A stretch of 64,000 bases of DNA from Clostridiaceae bacterium (GCA_012838135.1 DUPV01000054.1:4270-68269); one strand, 5' to 3'. Shown: positions 18,123 through 29,167, counted from the stretch's first letter. Notes: generated by a model not told the origin, from the letters alone. Made by a program: numbers and translations.

Positions 18123-20376
18123 TGGACATTGTCTCTTTCGTCTCAGGATATTTGATTCTGCTATGGAATTGACCTGCATAAACTTGCAAAAAAGCTTCTA
18201 AAATTAACTCAACATCCCGAAAAGACAAACCGGAATTAATCAATTGATTCTGATCCATTTTAATTTTGAATATACTACGCATAAATTTTTCCGCTTCCTG
18301 CACATTATCAATTTGTGAAGATTTCATCGCGGCTTCAACCGAATCCGCTAACATTAAAACTGCTGATTCTTTAAAGCTCGGCAACGGATTATGATAACGA
18401 TAAGCATCTTTGTTCGGAGCTTCTTTTCCTTCAAGTTCTGCAATTTCGCTCGCTTTATGATAGAAAAATTGCAGTACCGTTGTGCCATGATGCTCATAAA
18501 TCATTTTCAATACAGGTTCAGGTAAACGATGCTTTTGTCCCAGTTTTAGACCGTCTTCAGTATGAGCGGTAATAATTCGACAACTTTCTTCCGGTGTTAA
18601 ACGATCATGTGGATTTTCTCCCATTTGGTTTTCCGTAAACATCAAAGGATTTTCTAATTTGCCTATATCATGATAATAAGCTCCGACCCGCGCCAAAGTT
18701 GAATCAGCACCGATGGCTTCTGCCCCGGCATCAGACAGATTTGCTACCATCATAGAATGTTGTGATGTGCCCGGCGCTTCAGTAAACAAGCGTTTTAACA
18801 GAGGGTGCCCCGGCTGAGATAACTCAATAATTTTAATTGGTGAAACTGTATTAAAAATTATTTCAAAAATCGGCATAACACCAATTGCCGCAATGACGGA
18901 AATCATTGAAGAAATTGTCACAGTAACTGCATTATTCACCAAAATGACAATTGTATCTTTTTGTATGATACCCAATGCTAATACTGTACTTAGACTTGCT
19001 ATCATGGTAGCGCTGATCAATTTTATATAATTATCTTGTCGACTGATTTTGCGGGCAAAGAATGCTGCCGCCAAACAGCCGACCAAAGACACCGGTAAGA
19101 AATAAGGATGGAACGAAGACATCGGAGTTATGCCAAGTGCAAGAACCGTTGAAACAACAATTGAGGTTTTTAAATCAAAATATGCACAGATAATAATTGT
19201 CGAAAAATAGATCGGAGGCGACAATGGATATGTATCCGCCATATAATAGGCCACAATCAACGGTATAAAAATAGATAAAATCAGTGACCATAAAGTTTGT
19301 CCATTAAATAAAATATTCGCATGAAAGGATTTAAAATATAGTATCAGAATTAGTAACAAAAACAAATTGAACATGGCTATTCCGGAAAATTTGTGCCAGT
19401 CGAATTCTCCTGTATCGGTTAAATTTAATTCTTCCAGAATATCATAGACGTCCTGCGTAATAACATCGCCTTGGGAAACAATCCTGGCTCCCGCATTAAT
19501 CATAATCGGATTATTCCGCACCTGATTAGCTGCATCTTCTCTGGCTTTGTCCGTGCCTATTTTATCATACTGGACATTCGGCTTAAGTAAATTTTTCAAA
19601 ACATAATCCAAAATTTCATTGTCCGATACAAAAAAGTCCTGATTTTCAGAATTTCTATATAAATGATCTTGAATATTTTGTAAAAGTTGATCGGAATCCA
19701 TCGCTTGTTGCATGATTGACCGTGACATGTTTTGCAAATTTTCTGAAAAATAATTGAAACGGGATTCTTCCATACTTAATAAACGAACTGCATAACTCAA
19801 ATCTAAATTAATATCAAAACTTTGATTGATCTCTGAAAGCATTGGAGTTGCAGCAGTTGCTATTTCAGCTTGCGATGGTTGTAAAACATTAATTTCATTA
19901 TCGGCAGCATCTTCTTCATGGATTGTTGTTTGACTAGCGTCCGGATCTTTGGGAGTAGTTGTTGTGGTTTTTTTTGTTTCAGTCGGTTTCACATCTTTAC
20001 GATAATATAATTGCTCTCGTCTGGAATTCACCAAATCTATAAAAGATTCAATATTTGCCAGAGACACCGCTGTCGTCTGATCGTTTTTAATCATTTTTTT
20101 CGGAACAGCATCTTCGACTTCTTTCGCTCTGATTTCTGTTGCTTTCTGGTCTACAAAAGTTCTGGGAGCTTGGATATCATATGCGCTGATATCATTAACC
20201 TTCAAATTATAAGTTGTGGGCAAAGATCCTTTATAAACAATAAAACAAATTGCAATATAAACAACAATCCCGGTTAAAATACCTGAAAAAATTCTTTTAC
20301 CTTGAGCTGTTTTGTCGCGTGTACCCGATTTACCAAGTTTTACTTTACGCATCTGTTGGTTCGTCTGTTTGCTCAT
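18115..20376 (-). CDS. pgpH: 7TM-receptor HD-domain phosphohydrolase (PgpH/YqfF-type, c-di-AMP phosphodiesterase family)
   Basis: N-terminal extracellular region, a multi-TM block, and a C-terminal HD domain (YYHDIGK). Shows the conserved phoH-pgpH-ybeY-era order. Confidence 0.8.
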   Translation of the reverse strand: MSKQTNQQMRKVKLGKSGTRDKTAQGKRIFSGILTGIVVYIAICFIVYKGSLPTTYNLKVNDISAYDIQAPRTFVDQKATEIRAKEVEDAVPKKMIKNDQTTAVSLANIESFIDLVNSRREQLYYRKDVKPTETKKTTTTTPKDPDASQTTIHEEDAADNEINVLQPSQAEIATAATPMLSEINQSFDINLDLSYAVRLLSMEESRFNYFSENLQNMSRSIMQQAMDSDQLLQNIQDHLYRNSENQDFFVSDNEILDYVLKNLLKPNVQYDKIGTDKAREDAANQVRNNPIMINAGARIVSQGDVITQDVYDILEELNLTDTGEFDWHKFSGIAMFNLFLLLILILYFKSFHANILFNGQTLWSLILSIFIPLIVAYYMADTYPLSPPIYFSTIIICAYFDLKTSIVVSTVLALGITPMSSFHPYFLPVSLVGCLAAAFFARKISRQDNYIKLISATMIASLSTVLALGIIQKDTIVILVNNAVTVTISSMISVIAAIGVMPIFEIIFNTVSPIKIIELSQPGHPLLKRLFTEAPGTSQHSMMVANLSDAGAEAIGADSTLARVGAYYHDIGKLENPLMFTENQMGENPHDRLTPEESCRIITAHTEDGLKLGQKHRLPEPVLKMIYEHHGTTVLQFFYHKASEIAELEGKEAPNKDAYRYHNPLPSFKESAVLMLADSVEAAMKSSQIDNVQEAEKFMRSIFKIKMDQNQLINSGLSFRDVELILEAFLQVYAGQFHSRIKYPETKETMSNE

Positions 20377-20378
20377 GA

Positions 20379-21350
20379 TTAGTCCTTCTTTCTACGTTTA
20401 TTGGCTGATTTCTCAGCTTTTTCATAAGCAACAATTATCCTTTGCACCAAATCATTGCGCACGACATCCTTTGCATTCAAATGAACAAATTCAATTCCTT
20501 CGATATTTTGCAAGATATTTTGTACCCCGATCAAACCGCTTCTGGTACTGGAAGGCAGATCAATTTGAGTAATATCACCTGTTACAATCGCTTTGGAATG
20601 AAAACCTATTCTGGTCAGGAACATCTTCATTTGCTCCGGAGTAGTATTCTGGGCTTCATCTAAAATGATAAAGGAATCGTCCAAAGTTCTGCCACGCATA
20701 TATGCTAAAGGTGATACCTCAATTATACCTTTTTCCAAATTCTTTTGATATGCTTCATAACCCATTAAGTCATATAGTGCATCGTAAAGCGGTCGCATGT
20801 ATGGATCAACTTTCATTTGAAGATCACCCGGTAAATAGCCCAACTTCTCACCGGCTTCTACTGCCGGTCTGGTCAAAATTATCCGAGATACTTCTTGAGC
20901 CCGAAAAGCTTTAACCGCCATTGCTACAGCCAAATAAGTTTTCCCTGTACCGGCAGGTCCGATCGAAAACGTTAATTCATTGTTCTGAATTGTAGTTACA
21001 TATTTTTTCTGACCGGCAGTTTTGCTATATACCGGTCTGCCTTTGGCTGTTATACAGATTAAATCCGGACTAAAGTCTACATCATCTTCATCGCCGGCTA
21101 AAGCTGCATTGGTTAAATAATTTACCAATTGAGTATCAAGATCGGCACCGCGCCTGATACCTTCCAATAGACGTTGGTATACCTGAACCGCTTTTTCAAT
21201 TTGTACCGGTTCACCGCTGATTGATAAACCGTTGGCAGATAATTCAGTCTCAACTCCGAAAGCCCCGTCTATCTGTCTGGCATTGGAATTTAATTGCCCC
21301 AATAACTTGATCCCCTCAAGTGGTGAAACTTCAAAATTTTCTATTGCCAT
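20379..21350 (-). CDS. phoH: PhoH-like ATPase (PhoH/YbeZ)
   Basis: Walker A GPAGTGKT, Walker B-like IILDEAQN, and an N-terminal KH-like region. Confidence 0.9.
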   Translation of the reverse strand: MAIENFEVSPLEGIKLLGQLNSNARQIDGAFGVETELSANGLSISGEPVQIEKAVQVYQRLLEGIRRGADLDTQLVNYLTNAALAGDEDDVDFSPDLICITAKGRPVYSKTAGQKKYVTTIQNNELTFSIGPAGTGKTYLAVAMAVKAFRAQEVSRIILTRPAVEAGEKLGYLPGDLQMKVDPYMRPLYDALYDLMGYEAYQKNLEKGIIEVSPLAYMRGRTLDDSFIILDEAQNTTPEQMKMFLTRIGFHSKAIVTGDITQIDLPSSTRSGLIGVQNILQNIEGIEFVHLNAKDVVRNDLVQRIIVAYEKAEKSANKRRKKD

Positions 21351-21405
21351 ATCTGAATATGTTTGATCCTTTCATGATAAATCCTTTTCCATAAACAAAT
21401 TTTAC

Positions 21406-22131
21406 TTATTCATTATCTTCTGCCGGATTTAATAAATTCGTTTTATAAGCTATGCTGTCTTCATTTAAACCCGGAATCACTACTTTCTGTTCCTTAGATA
21501 TTATCATTTCAATTTGTTGCTCGGAATCTATTTGTTCCTTCAAAGCATTTTTAAGTGTTTCCAGTGCCAAAACTATCGAATCTTGCTGTTCTGGCGGAAC
21601 GATTGCTTTGATAATAAAATCTTCACTGCGTGGATATGCTACTCCGTTAATAATAATATTCTCACTGCTTGCTCTGATCTCCGTCGTCGCCACTTTTCTC
21701 TGCTCATTAATCGAAATGGCTTGTGCACCCAATGCATTAAGTTCATTGACCACAAAACGGATATACGAATCTGTAATCATTGACTGTCCTGCCATACCCA
21801 GAGTTACAGTAATACCGGAATTTTGAACAGCTGTTAGACCGGCAAAAACAGAAAGTCTTTCTTGTTCCGCTAAAATATCTTGATAATTGATATCTCCTTC
21901 TAACTGGGCATTCCGAAGTTTTTCAATTTCGCTGTACAGTTCTTTGTTTCGGTCATTAAGTTCGGCATTTTTTTCAGCATAACTCCGGACGTTATTTTGT
22001 AATTCAGTCAGATCTATGCTTTCATGTGCGGCAATATTGCTGGTTTTAATTTGTAAAGCCAAAGCAATTCCCAAAATAACAGCAATTATTGTTATTGCAC
22101 TGTATTTTATTATTGAATTTTTGATTCGCAT
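21406..22131 (-). CDS. DUF881-family membrane-anchored protein
   Basis: N-terminal TM, a coiled-coil, then the G(I/V)TVT...V.NEL...GA.AIS(I/V)N pattern typical of DUF881. ATG at 22131 follows AAAGGGG, whereas the ORF-track start at 22173 has poor RBS spacing. Confidence 0.7.
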   Translation of the reverse strand: MRIKNSIIKYSAITIIAVILGIALALQIKTSNIAAHESIDLTELQNNVRSYAEKNAELNDRNKELYSEIEKLRNAQLEGDINYQDILAEQERLSVFAGLTAVQNSGITVTLGMAGQSMITDSYIRFVVNELNALGAQAISINEQRKVATTEIRASSENIIINGVAYPRSEDFIIKAIVPPEQQDSIVLALETLKNALKEQIDSEQQIEMIISKEQKVVIPGLNEDSIAYKTNLLNPAEDNE

Positions 22132-22175
22132 TACAACCCCTTTTATTTGATTATCCTGTTTAAATATACCCATTC

Positions 22176-22934
22176 CTATTTTTTCGGGATTTCATAATCG
22201 GTTGCTATTTTTAAGTACTCAATATCTTTAGTTATTGTACCGATTGTTTCATATTCGTTTATGACTAAATCGTTAACCAGTACACTGGAAAATCTTACAG
22301 AATAAGGTTCTTTCTGCAATTTGAGATAGAGCGGATCCGCGTCCAGTGCAGCTTTTAACTGATCTTGAGGTCCAATCGCTTTAATCTCATAGGGCGGTAT
22401 TGTTCTCTGATTATTGCAAAGAACCGTCGTACCGATGCAAAAAATCTGGCTGGAATTCACAATACGCAAATCATTAACTGATACAGCCTGCGCACCATTG
22501 TCCACCAGTAAATCAACTAAATAGATTATATTTTGATCATGGATTAATGATTGAATCGGATCTGAAAGCGGATCATAATTCTCTTTATCATTGATTGTCA
22601 CGATTACACCATTGCCTTTAACTTCAGTTAGTCCGGCTATTTCACGCGTTCTTGCCAATTTATATAGTAATTCCAATTGTTCATCATCATCTGCATCAAT
22701 AACTTCATACCATAAATCATTTAATTCCTTACGTAAATTTTTATAATCAATTTCTAAATTTTTTCGTACATTTTGCAATTCAACCAATTCCAATCTGGCT
22801 TCTTGAATTGCCGCAAGATTTAAAGTCGAATCCATTTCAGACCTGATTTGAGTAAAATGGCGACTCAAAATAAAACCTGATATGATCAAAATAATTGTAA
22901 TCGCTAATTGTATTAATATTTTGTTTTTTGTCAT
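22176..22934 (-). CDS. DUF881-family membrane-anchored protein (paralogue)
   Basis: Same architecture: TM, coiled-coil, then GVIVTIND...LVDNGAQAVSVND. Confidence 0.7.
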   Translation of the reverse strand: MTKNKILIQLAITIILIISGFILSRHFTQIRSEMDSTLNLAAIQEARLELVELQNVRKNLEIDYKNLRKELNDLWYEVIDADDDEQLELLYKLARTREIAGLTEVKGNGVIVTINDKENYDPLSDPIQSLIHDQNIIYLVDLLVDNGAQAVSVNDLRIVNSSQIFCIGTTVLCNNQRTIPPYEIKAIGPQDQLKAALDADPLYLKLQKEPYSVRFSSVLVNDLVINEYETIGTITKDIEYLKIATDYEIPKK

Positions 22935-23018
22935 GAATCCTCAAAATATATTTTCTAATCAAACAATTAAATTTCCAAGTTTATCATAGCATTTTTCTGA
23001 TGACAACCTTAGAATTAC

Positions 23019-23984
23019 CTAAAGGACAATCTCTGTTATTTTCTCTAAACGTTTTTTAGCAGTACAATAATAATCAGGTGGCTCCACTTCAAATTGGTAA
23101 GGAACACCGTTTAGCGGATGAATAAATGCAAGATGTGCCGCATACAAAGCTTGTGCCGGTATTCCAAAATCATCTCTCTTAAGATTATATATCGGATCAC
23201 CGATAATTGGTAAATTTATGTAAGCTAAATGTACTCTGATCTGATGAGTTCTTCCTGTAAAAAGCTCAACTTCCAATTCACTTGCATAAATCTTATTATC
23301 TTTATTAACAAAATCTTTTATTAATCGATAGTGTGTAAGTGCTGGTTTTCCATCTGCTACAACTGCCATTTGGGTTCTATTGCTTGGATTTCGGCCGATC
23401 GGAGCATCAATTGTTCCGGTCTTTGTTTCAGGTTTATTCCAAACTAAAGCTCGATATATGCGTGTAACTTGTCTTTTTTTAAATAAATCAGCCATAGCTG
23501 AATGAAAACGATTGTTTTTGGCAATCAAGATCAAGCCTGAAGTATCTTTGTCCAAACGATGGACTATACCTGCTCGTTCAGGTCCCGCAAGATCTGACAA
23601 CTTGCCTTCTGTATGTGCCAACAAGGCATTTACCAGGGTTTTATCCTGATTGCCGGCACCGGGATGAACGGTTAAATTAATCGGCTTATTAATGATCAGC
23701 ATATCTGTATCTTCGTAAATAATATCGAGCGACATAGCTTGCGGTTGCGGTTGCTGTAAGCTAATCTGATTTGCCGGAACACGAAACGTAATTTTTGTAC
23801 CTGCTGGCAGAATAATTTTCGTTTTCAGTTCTGGAAAATTTTCAACTTGTATCTTGTGATCTTTGATCCATTCAATAATTTGCGAACGAGAATATTCAGG
23901 CATTTGTTCTGCAAGCCAGCGATCCAATCTGACTTTTGAATTGTCCATACGAAAAATTCTCTCATCTGACAAATTATTATTCAT
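23019..23984 (-). CDS. rluD: 23S rRNA pseudouridine synthase, RluD subfamily
   Basis: S4-like N-terminus (RLDRWL) and catalytic HRLDKDTSGL with GRTHQIRVH. ATGAATAA overlap with the lspA stop. Confidence 0.9.
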   Translation of the reverse strand: MNNNLSDERIFRMDNSKVRLDRWLAEQMPEYSRSQIIEWIKDHKIQVENFPELKTKIILPAGTKITFRVPANQISLQQPQPQAMSLDIIYEDTDMLIINKPINLTVHPGAGNQDKTLVNALLAHTEGKLSDLAGPERAGIVHRLDKDTSGLILIAKNNRFHSAMADLFKKRQVTRIYRALVWNKPETKTGTIDAPIGRNPSNRTQMAVVADGKPALTHYRLIKDFVNKDNKIYASELEVELFTGRTHQIRVHLAYINLPIIGDPIYNLKRDDFGIPAQALYAAHLAFIHPLNGVPYQFEVEPPDYYCTAKKRLEKITEIVL

Positions 23985-24588
23985 CTTTAGTTTCTGTCTC
24001 CGATTCTTCTATAAAATCAAGTTCATCTCCAGCTTCATCCCTCGGTTTTATTCCTGTTAAACTGCCCTCGGATTCGATTTCTGACTTAACAATAGAACTT
24101 ACAGTAGTTCTGTTAAATAATTTGATGTTTTTTAATTGTTCAGGTTTAAAAATCAAATATAGAGTAAGGCAAATTGCACCGACTACTATCGCAGAATCAG
24201 CAATATTGAAAGTCGGAAAATGATAATCACCAAAAGTAAAACTCAAAAAATCTACAACATTATTAAATCTGATGCGATCAATTAAGTTCCCGATACTGCC
24301 GCCTAAAATTAAAGCAAGTGTAATTCGTACCGGTTTTATCTTATTTATATAAATAAGATAAAAAATAAAAATCGAAGCAGCTATCGAAATAACTGTTAAA
24401 AGATAAATTCCCCAGCTTTGATTTGACAACATGCCCCAAGCAGCACCTCTGTTTCTTATATGAAATAGTGAAAAAAAATCTTTGATTATCGGGATATTTT
24501 CATACAAAGGAAGATTGTTCAAAATCCAATATTTACTTAACTGGTCCAACACAATAATTATGAGTGAAATGATTATTGCCAAACCCAT
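23977..24588 (-). CDS. lspA: lipoprotein signal peptidase II with an acidic C-terminal extension
   Basis: The N(R/T)GAAWG-like motif NRGAAWGM and FNIADSAI are catalytic Asp contexts. About 50 extra C-terminal residues (..ESEGSLTGIKPRDEAGDELDFIEESETETKDE). Confidence 0.9.
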   Translation of the reverse strand: MGLAIIISLIIIVLDQLSKYWILNNLPLYENIPIIKDFFSLFHIRNRGAAWGMLSNQSWGIYLLTVISIAASIFIFYLIYINKIKPVRITLALILGGSIGNLIDRIRFNNVVDFLSFTFGDYHFPTFNIADSAIVVGAICLTLYLIFKPEQLKNIKLFNRTTVSSIVKSEIESEGSLTGIKPRDEAGDELDFIEESETETKDE

Positions 24589-26603
24589 AAATCCTCCAAA
24601 CCTAAATATGGCTCTGCCAGATGAGATTCTGAAGAACCTTCAATATTTTTCGCTAAGAAAATACCGACCGGAGCAAAACCAATTCCCAAAATATCTAATT
24701 CAGAAAACTTTTGATTAATAAAATCTCTATATGCTTTGTTTTTTTCATTTAAAATCTTCGGGTCTATTTTGCGGTTAACTGAATAAAAATAATCACTGAT
24801 TTCTTGATACAATTCTGCTTCATTTTCAGTCAATGTTTCCATGACGGAAGGCTTTATTTGTTCAAAAACATCAAGAATATTCATTGGATAGAATAAACTA
24901 ATCTGATTAAAAGCTAAATCGTAATCACCTTGTTCTAATGCTGTTTGATATAAATCAGGTTCAATATATTCAAGTTCTAATTTGATATTCGTATCCAGTA
25001 ATTTCTCTCTTAATGCAAAAGCCCAACTTCGTTCCAAGGTACTGTCTGCCACAATCACCTTTAGCCTGATATCTTTGTTATTAAGTTCATGAATAGTTTG
25101 AACCTCAAGGCGATCAGATTGTTGTTCAAACAGATTGAATGCAGAAATAGCCTGATCATTATATTGTAAAGGTAAACGATTGCTAGATTGGTCTCCGGTC
25201 AAGGTTGATGTTAGATCATCTCTGACCTCCCAAATATTGATTAAAGCTTTTTTAATTTCAGGAATATTTACCGTTTCTCCATTGCCGAAAGAAAGATAAT
25301 AATATCTCTGACCGGGAAATGATAAAATGTTGGCATTATTTTGTTTACAAAATATATTATAATTTGATTCGTTAAGATAAATAAAGTCCAATTTATTTTC
25401 AACAAAGGCAGTCATCGCAGATTTAATATCGGGAAATGCAATCAATTGTATTTTTTGTAAAACAAAATCCGAATCAGTTGCCCTCAATGAAACATTACCC
25501 TGTTCATTTCTTTCTACTAAGTACTTTCCACTGGTAATTGTCGGCAAACTAGTGGTTGCAATCAAATTTTCGGGAATTATCGGCATAGTCAATCCAAACA
25601 ACAATCCGGGATCCTTTTCATAATAAATTCTTTTTTCTGAGTCTCCTGTATTTTCAGTATTGTCAATATCGTCTAAAGATTCCGTGTTCCCTGGAGTCTC
25701 TTTATTATTTTCTTCAGTAATATCGAGCATTTCATCATTTTCTAAAGTTTGATTATTTGCATCAGCATCATTTCCCGAAGATTCATCATCCGGATCTCGT
25801 AAACTTATTTCTAAAGTCAGATCACCAACAGCTTTTACTTCATTAATTAACGATAAACGATCTAATTCATGAATTAAAGTTTCTACAGATACAAAGTCTT
25901 CATCATGCTGTGTCAACAAATCATTATTTACCGGAAGTAAATCCGGATATTTGTGCATTATTTCTGCAAGATTTTGTTTCGGTTCCATTTGTTGATTTTT
26001 CGTTTGTTCCGGCTCTATTTCCGAATTTTCCTTTGCGGATTCTTCCACAGCAAAGTACTTCGAGAGATTTGCTTTATATTGTAAAATTGATGCTGCACAA
26101 TCCCTTGCTGTAATCAATGTTCCGTCTGAATAAGTTATGCCGGGAACTAATTCAATCTGATACAGATTTTTATCGGCAATATATGAAGCTGAACGTGCCA
26201 AATCCATACTCAAAAGATTGGCCTTATTTACTTTGAAAATCGAACGGTGCATTAATTGGTAGGCAGCTCTGCCTGAATAATCAAAAGTATTCAACGGATT
26301 ATAATCGTCGCGTGCTTGCCAATAAATTCGTAAAACTGAAGATTCACCAATCGGCTTCGCAGTAGATTCAATTAATTCTGTTGCTCCAGCATCTGCGACT
26401 ATGCTCATTTCGGGATTTTCCTGATCCGGTTTGGTTTCTTTTTTATTCTCTTTGGAAAAAATCGAACAGGAACTGAGCAAAAACACAAAAACTATAAGTA
26501 ATATCAGAATTGTTTTTCTGTTATTATTGCTTTGAAAATTTTGTTCAGCTTGTTTTTCAGATTTTATTTTAAATAATCTATCTAAAATGTTATGCAAAAA
26601 CAT
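24573..26603 (-). CDS. family-5 (OppA/NikA-like) ABC substrate-binding lipoprotein, orphan, with an acidic low-complexity insert
   Basis: Lipobox LLSS-C follows a long N-region. The overall SBP_bac_5-like sequence was recognised only by general character. There are no adjacent permease or ATPase genes. Confidence 0.6.
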   Translation of the reverse strand: MFLHNILDRLFKIKSEKQAEQNFQSNNNRKTILILLIVFVFLLSSCSIFSKENKKETKPDQENPEMSIVADAGATELIESTAKPIGESSVLRIYWQARDDYNPLNTFDYSGRAAYQLMHRSIFKVNKANLLSMDLARSASYIADKNLYQIELVPGITYSDGTLITARDCAASILQYKANLSKYFAVEESAKENSEIEPEQTKNQQMEPKQNLAEIMHKYPDLLPVNNDLLTQHDEDFVSVETLIHELDRLSLINEVKAVGDLTLEISLRDPDDESSGNDADANNQTLENDEMLDITEENNKETPGNTESLDDIDNTENTGDSEKRIYYEKDPGLLFGLTMPIIPENLIATTSLPTITSGKYLVERNEQGNVSLRATDSDFVLQKIQLIAFPDIKSAMTAFVENKLDFIYLNESNYNIFCKQNNANILSFPGQRYYYLSFGNGETVNIPEIKKALINIWEVRDDLTSTLTGDQSSNRLPLQYNDQAISAFNLFEQQSDRLEVQTIHELNNKDIRLKVIVADSTLERSWAFALREKLLDTNIKLELEYIEPDLYQTALEQGDYDLAFNQISLFYPMNILDVFEQIKPSVMETLTENEAELYQEISDYFYSVNRKIDPKILNEKNKAYRDFINQKFSELDILGIGFAPVGIFLAKNIEGSSESHLAEPYLGLEDLWVWQ

Positions 26604-27399
26604 GATCGAAAATTTGAATTCTTTCTATTTTTTTTGCTTGACCGGCATTCGGATCAACTGTCAGCAATACTGCATTGAGCATAGTAAAAGAATCTTTCTC
26701 AATATCATACGTGGCCGGCAGCAAGTTCATCGCCCATTCAAGAGCCACATTTTTGTTCATTCCCAATACTCCGTTAGCAGGACCTGTCATACCGATATCA
26801 GTAATAAAAGCGGTACCGTTACCCAAAATTTGTTCATCTGCGGTTTGGACATGAGTGTGTGTACCTAAAACAGCAAGCACTTTATTTTCCAAAAAATAGC
26901 CCATAGTTATTTTCTCAGCTGTGCTTTCAGCATGAAAATCTATTATAATATTTTTTGTGTGATATTTTTCCTTAAACTTTGACAACATTCGATCTATTAC
27001 TTGAAAAGGATTTGCCAGAATAGGTTTAATAAATGCTTGACCCATTAAACTGATTAATAAAACATCATAATTATCTTTTTTTATATATACATGATCAAAA
27101 CCCGGCCAATCATCCGGAGCATTAAGCGGACGACATACCTGTTTGAAATGAGCAGCTTGTTGCAGCCAAACTTTTTGGCTCCAGATATGATTGCCAAGAG
27201 TAATTCCATCAATACCGGAGTTCAATAATTCTCCCGCAATATCTGCAGTAATACCTAAACCACCGGCTGCATTTTCGCCATTGCAAAAGACAAAATCAAG
27301 CATGTACTGCTGTTTAAGTAATGGTAATTTGTCTTTCAAAATTTTTCTGCCGGAACGTCCTACAACATCTCCGATAAATAAAATATTAATACTAGTCAT
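26590..27399 (-). CDS. ymdB: YmdB-like metallophosphoesterase (2',3'-cyclic-nucleotide phosphodiesterase family)
   Basis: ILFIGDVVGRSGR, NGENAAGG, GNH and GTHTHVQTAD motifs. It is the conserved neighbour downstream of rny. ATG at 27399. Confidence 0.85.
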   Translation of the reverse strand: MTSINILFIGDVVGRSGRKILKDKLPLLKQQYMLDFVFCNGENAAGGLGITADIAGELLNSGIDGITLGNHIWSQKVWLQQAAHFKQVCRPLNAPDDWPGFDHVYIKKDNYDVLLISLMGQAFIKPILANPFQVIDRMLSKFKEKYHTKNIIIDFHAESTAEKITMGYFLENKVLAVLGTHTHVQTADEQILGNGTAFITDIGMTGPANGVLGMNKNVALEWAMNLLPATYDIEKDSFTMLNAVLLTVDPNAGQAKKIERIQIFDHVFA

Positions 27400-27461
27400 A
27401 TTCTTGTTATTGTACCATAAAATAAGCCGAGTCCAACTCAATGTTAAACTCGGCTTTAATT

Positions 27462-29036
27462 TTATTTTGCATAGTCAGAAACGCGGCTTTCACGAATCAT
27501 CTGTACTTTAATCATACCCGGATATGTTAATTCGCTTTCAATCTTTTTACTGATTTCATGAGCTTTTAAGATCATTTCATCATCAGAAACCTCTTCAGGT
27601 TTAACCATGACTCTAATCTCTCGTCCGGCTTGTACAGCATAAGTTTTTTCAACACCTGCAAAAGAATTGGCAATCTCTTCCAGACTTTCAATTCTCTTAA
27701 TATAGCTTTCTACGTTTTCTCTCCTTGCACCCGGTCTGGCAGCCGATATTGCATCTGCTGCAGCAACCAGATTGGCAATTAAGTCTGTTGTCTCAGTATC
27801 ACCGTGATGAGATTCTATTGCATTTATCACAACAGGTTCTTCGTTATACTTTCTCGCAATTTCGGATCCGATTTGGACGTGAGATCCTTCAAGCTCAAAG
27901 TCAGTAGCTTTACCGATATCATGCAGTAATCCTGCTCGTTTTGCTAACATAACATCTAATCCCAGTTCTGCTGCCATAGCACCTGTCAACCAACACACTT
28001 CAATTGAGTGTTTTAAGACATTTTGACCATAACTTGTTCTGTATTTCATACGACCAAGTAAACGTATTATTTCAGGGTGTAGACCAACTACGCCGGTCTC
28101 AAATACCGCCTCTTCACCGGCTTCCTTAATCGATTGTTCAATCTCTTTTTTTGCTTTTTCAACAGAATCCTCTATCCTGGAAGGATGGATTCTTCCATCG
28201 AAAACCAATCTTTCAAGAGCAAGTCTGGCTATTTCCCGTCTGATCGGATTAAAACTGGAAATAATTACTGCTTCAGGCGTGTCATCTATAATTAAGTCAA
28301 CACCTGTCAAACTTTCAATTGTTCTGATATTTCTGCCTTCTCGACCGATAATTCTGCCCTTCATTTCTTCATTGGGCAGATCGACAACAGATACGGTAGA
28401 TTCTGAAACATAATCCGATGCATAACGTTGAATTGAATTCACAATGATCTCTCTTGCTTCGCGTTCAGCAATCTCATTTGTTTCTTCTTCCATTTGACGC
28501 AACATCATTGCCATATCATGACGATATTCGACTCTTGCTTCTTCCAGAACCTGTTCTCTGGCTTCACTTATACTTAAGCCGGAAATACGTTCCATTTCAG
28601 CAATAATCTCAGATTCTCTCTCACTTAACTCATTTTCTTTGTGATCTATATCTTCTATTCTACGCTGCAAAGCCTCTTCTTTACGTTCAAGAATATCAAC
28701 TTTGCGTTCATAGTTCTCTTCTTTTTGATTTAGTCGATTACGATCACGTTGTAGCTCAGTTCTTTGCTCCCGAGCAGACTTCTCCAATTCTGTTTTAGTG
28801 AGATGAACTTCCTCTTTTGTTTGCAATAATAGTTCTCTCTTGCGATTTTCACCTTCAAGTTCAGCATCAGCAATTATTTTAATTGCTTCTTCTTTTATCT
28901 GTTCTCGCTCAGTCGCAAGTTCCTTACTTTGTTTACTTAAGCCTTTTTTATAAAAAACGGTAACAGCAACTGTTATTGCCAATCCGATTAATAAGCCACC
29001 AATAAACTGCAAAATGGCGATCACCTCCATATTCAT
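27462..29036 (-). CDS. rny: ribonuclease Y
   Basis: N-terminal TM, a long E/K/R coiled-coil, a KH domain ([12 protein letters not shown]) and an HD domain (LLHDIGK). Confidence 0.95.
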   Translation of the reverse strand: MNMEVIAILQFIGGLLIGLAITVAVTVFYKKGLSKQSKELATEREQIKEEAIKIIADAELEGENRKRELLLQTKEEVHLTKTELEKSAREQRTELQRDRNRLNQKEENYERKVDILERKEEALQRRIEDIDHKENELSERESEIIAEMERISGLSISEAREQVLEEARVEYRHDMAMMLRQMEEETNEIAEREAREIIVNSIQRYASDYVSESTVSVVDLPNEEMKGRIIGREGRNIRTIESLTGVDLIIDDTPEAVIISSFNPIRREIARLALERLVFDGRIHPSRIEDSVEKAKKEIEQSIKEAGEEAVFETGVVGLHPEIIRLLGRMKYRTSYGQNVLKHSIEVCWLTGAMAAELGLDVMLAKRAGLLHDIGKATDFELEGSHVQIGSEIARKYNEEPVVINAIESHHGDTETTDLIANLVAAADAISAARPGARRENVESYIKRIESLEEIANSFAGVEKTYAVQAGREIRVMVKPEEVSDDEMILKAHEISKKIESELTYPGMIKVQMIRESRVSDYAK

Positions 29037-29167
29037 ATTTCAAGTTGCAAATGATAAATTGTAAAAATTATTTAATGCACGTTTTATATTGTAAGAAAAT
29101 CACTGTCAAACGTCAAATTGTGTTAGGTAATTTGTATAATGAATTGATAAATAATAAAATAATCGTT

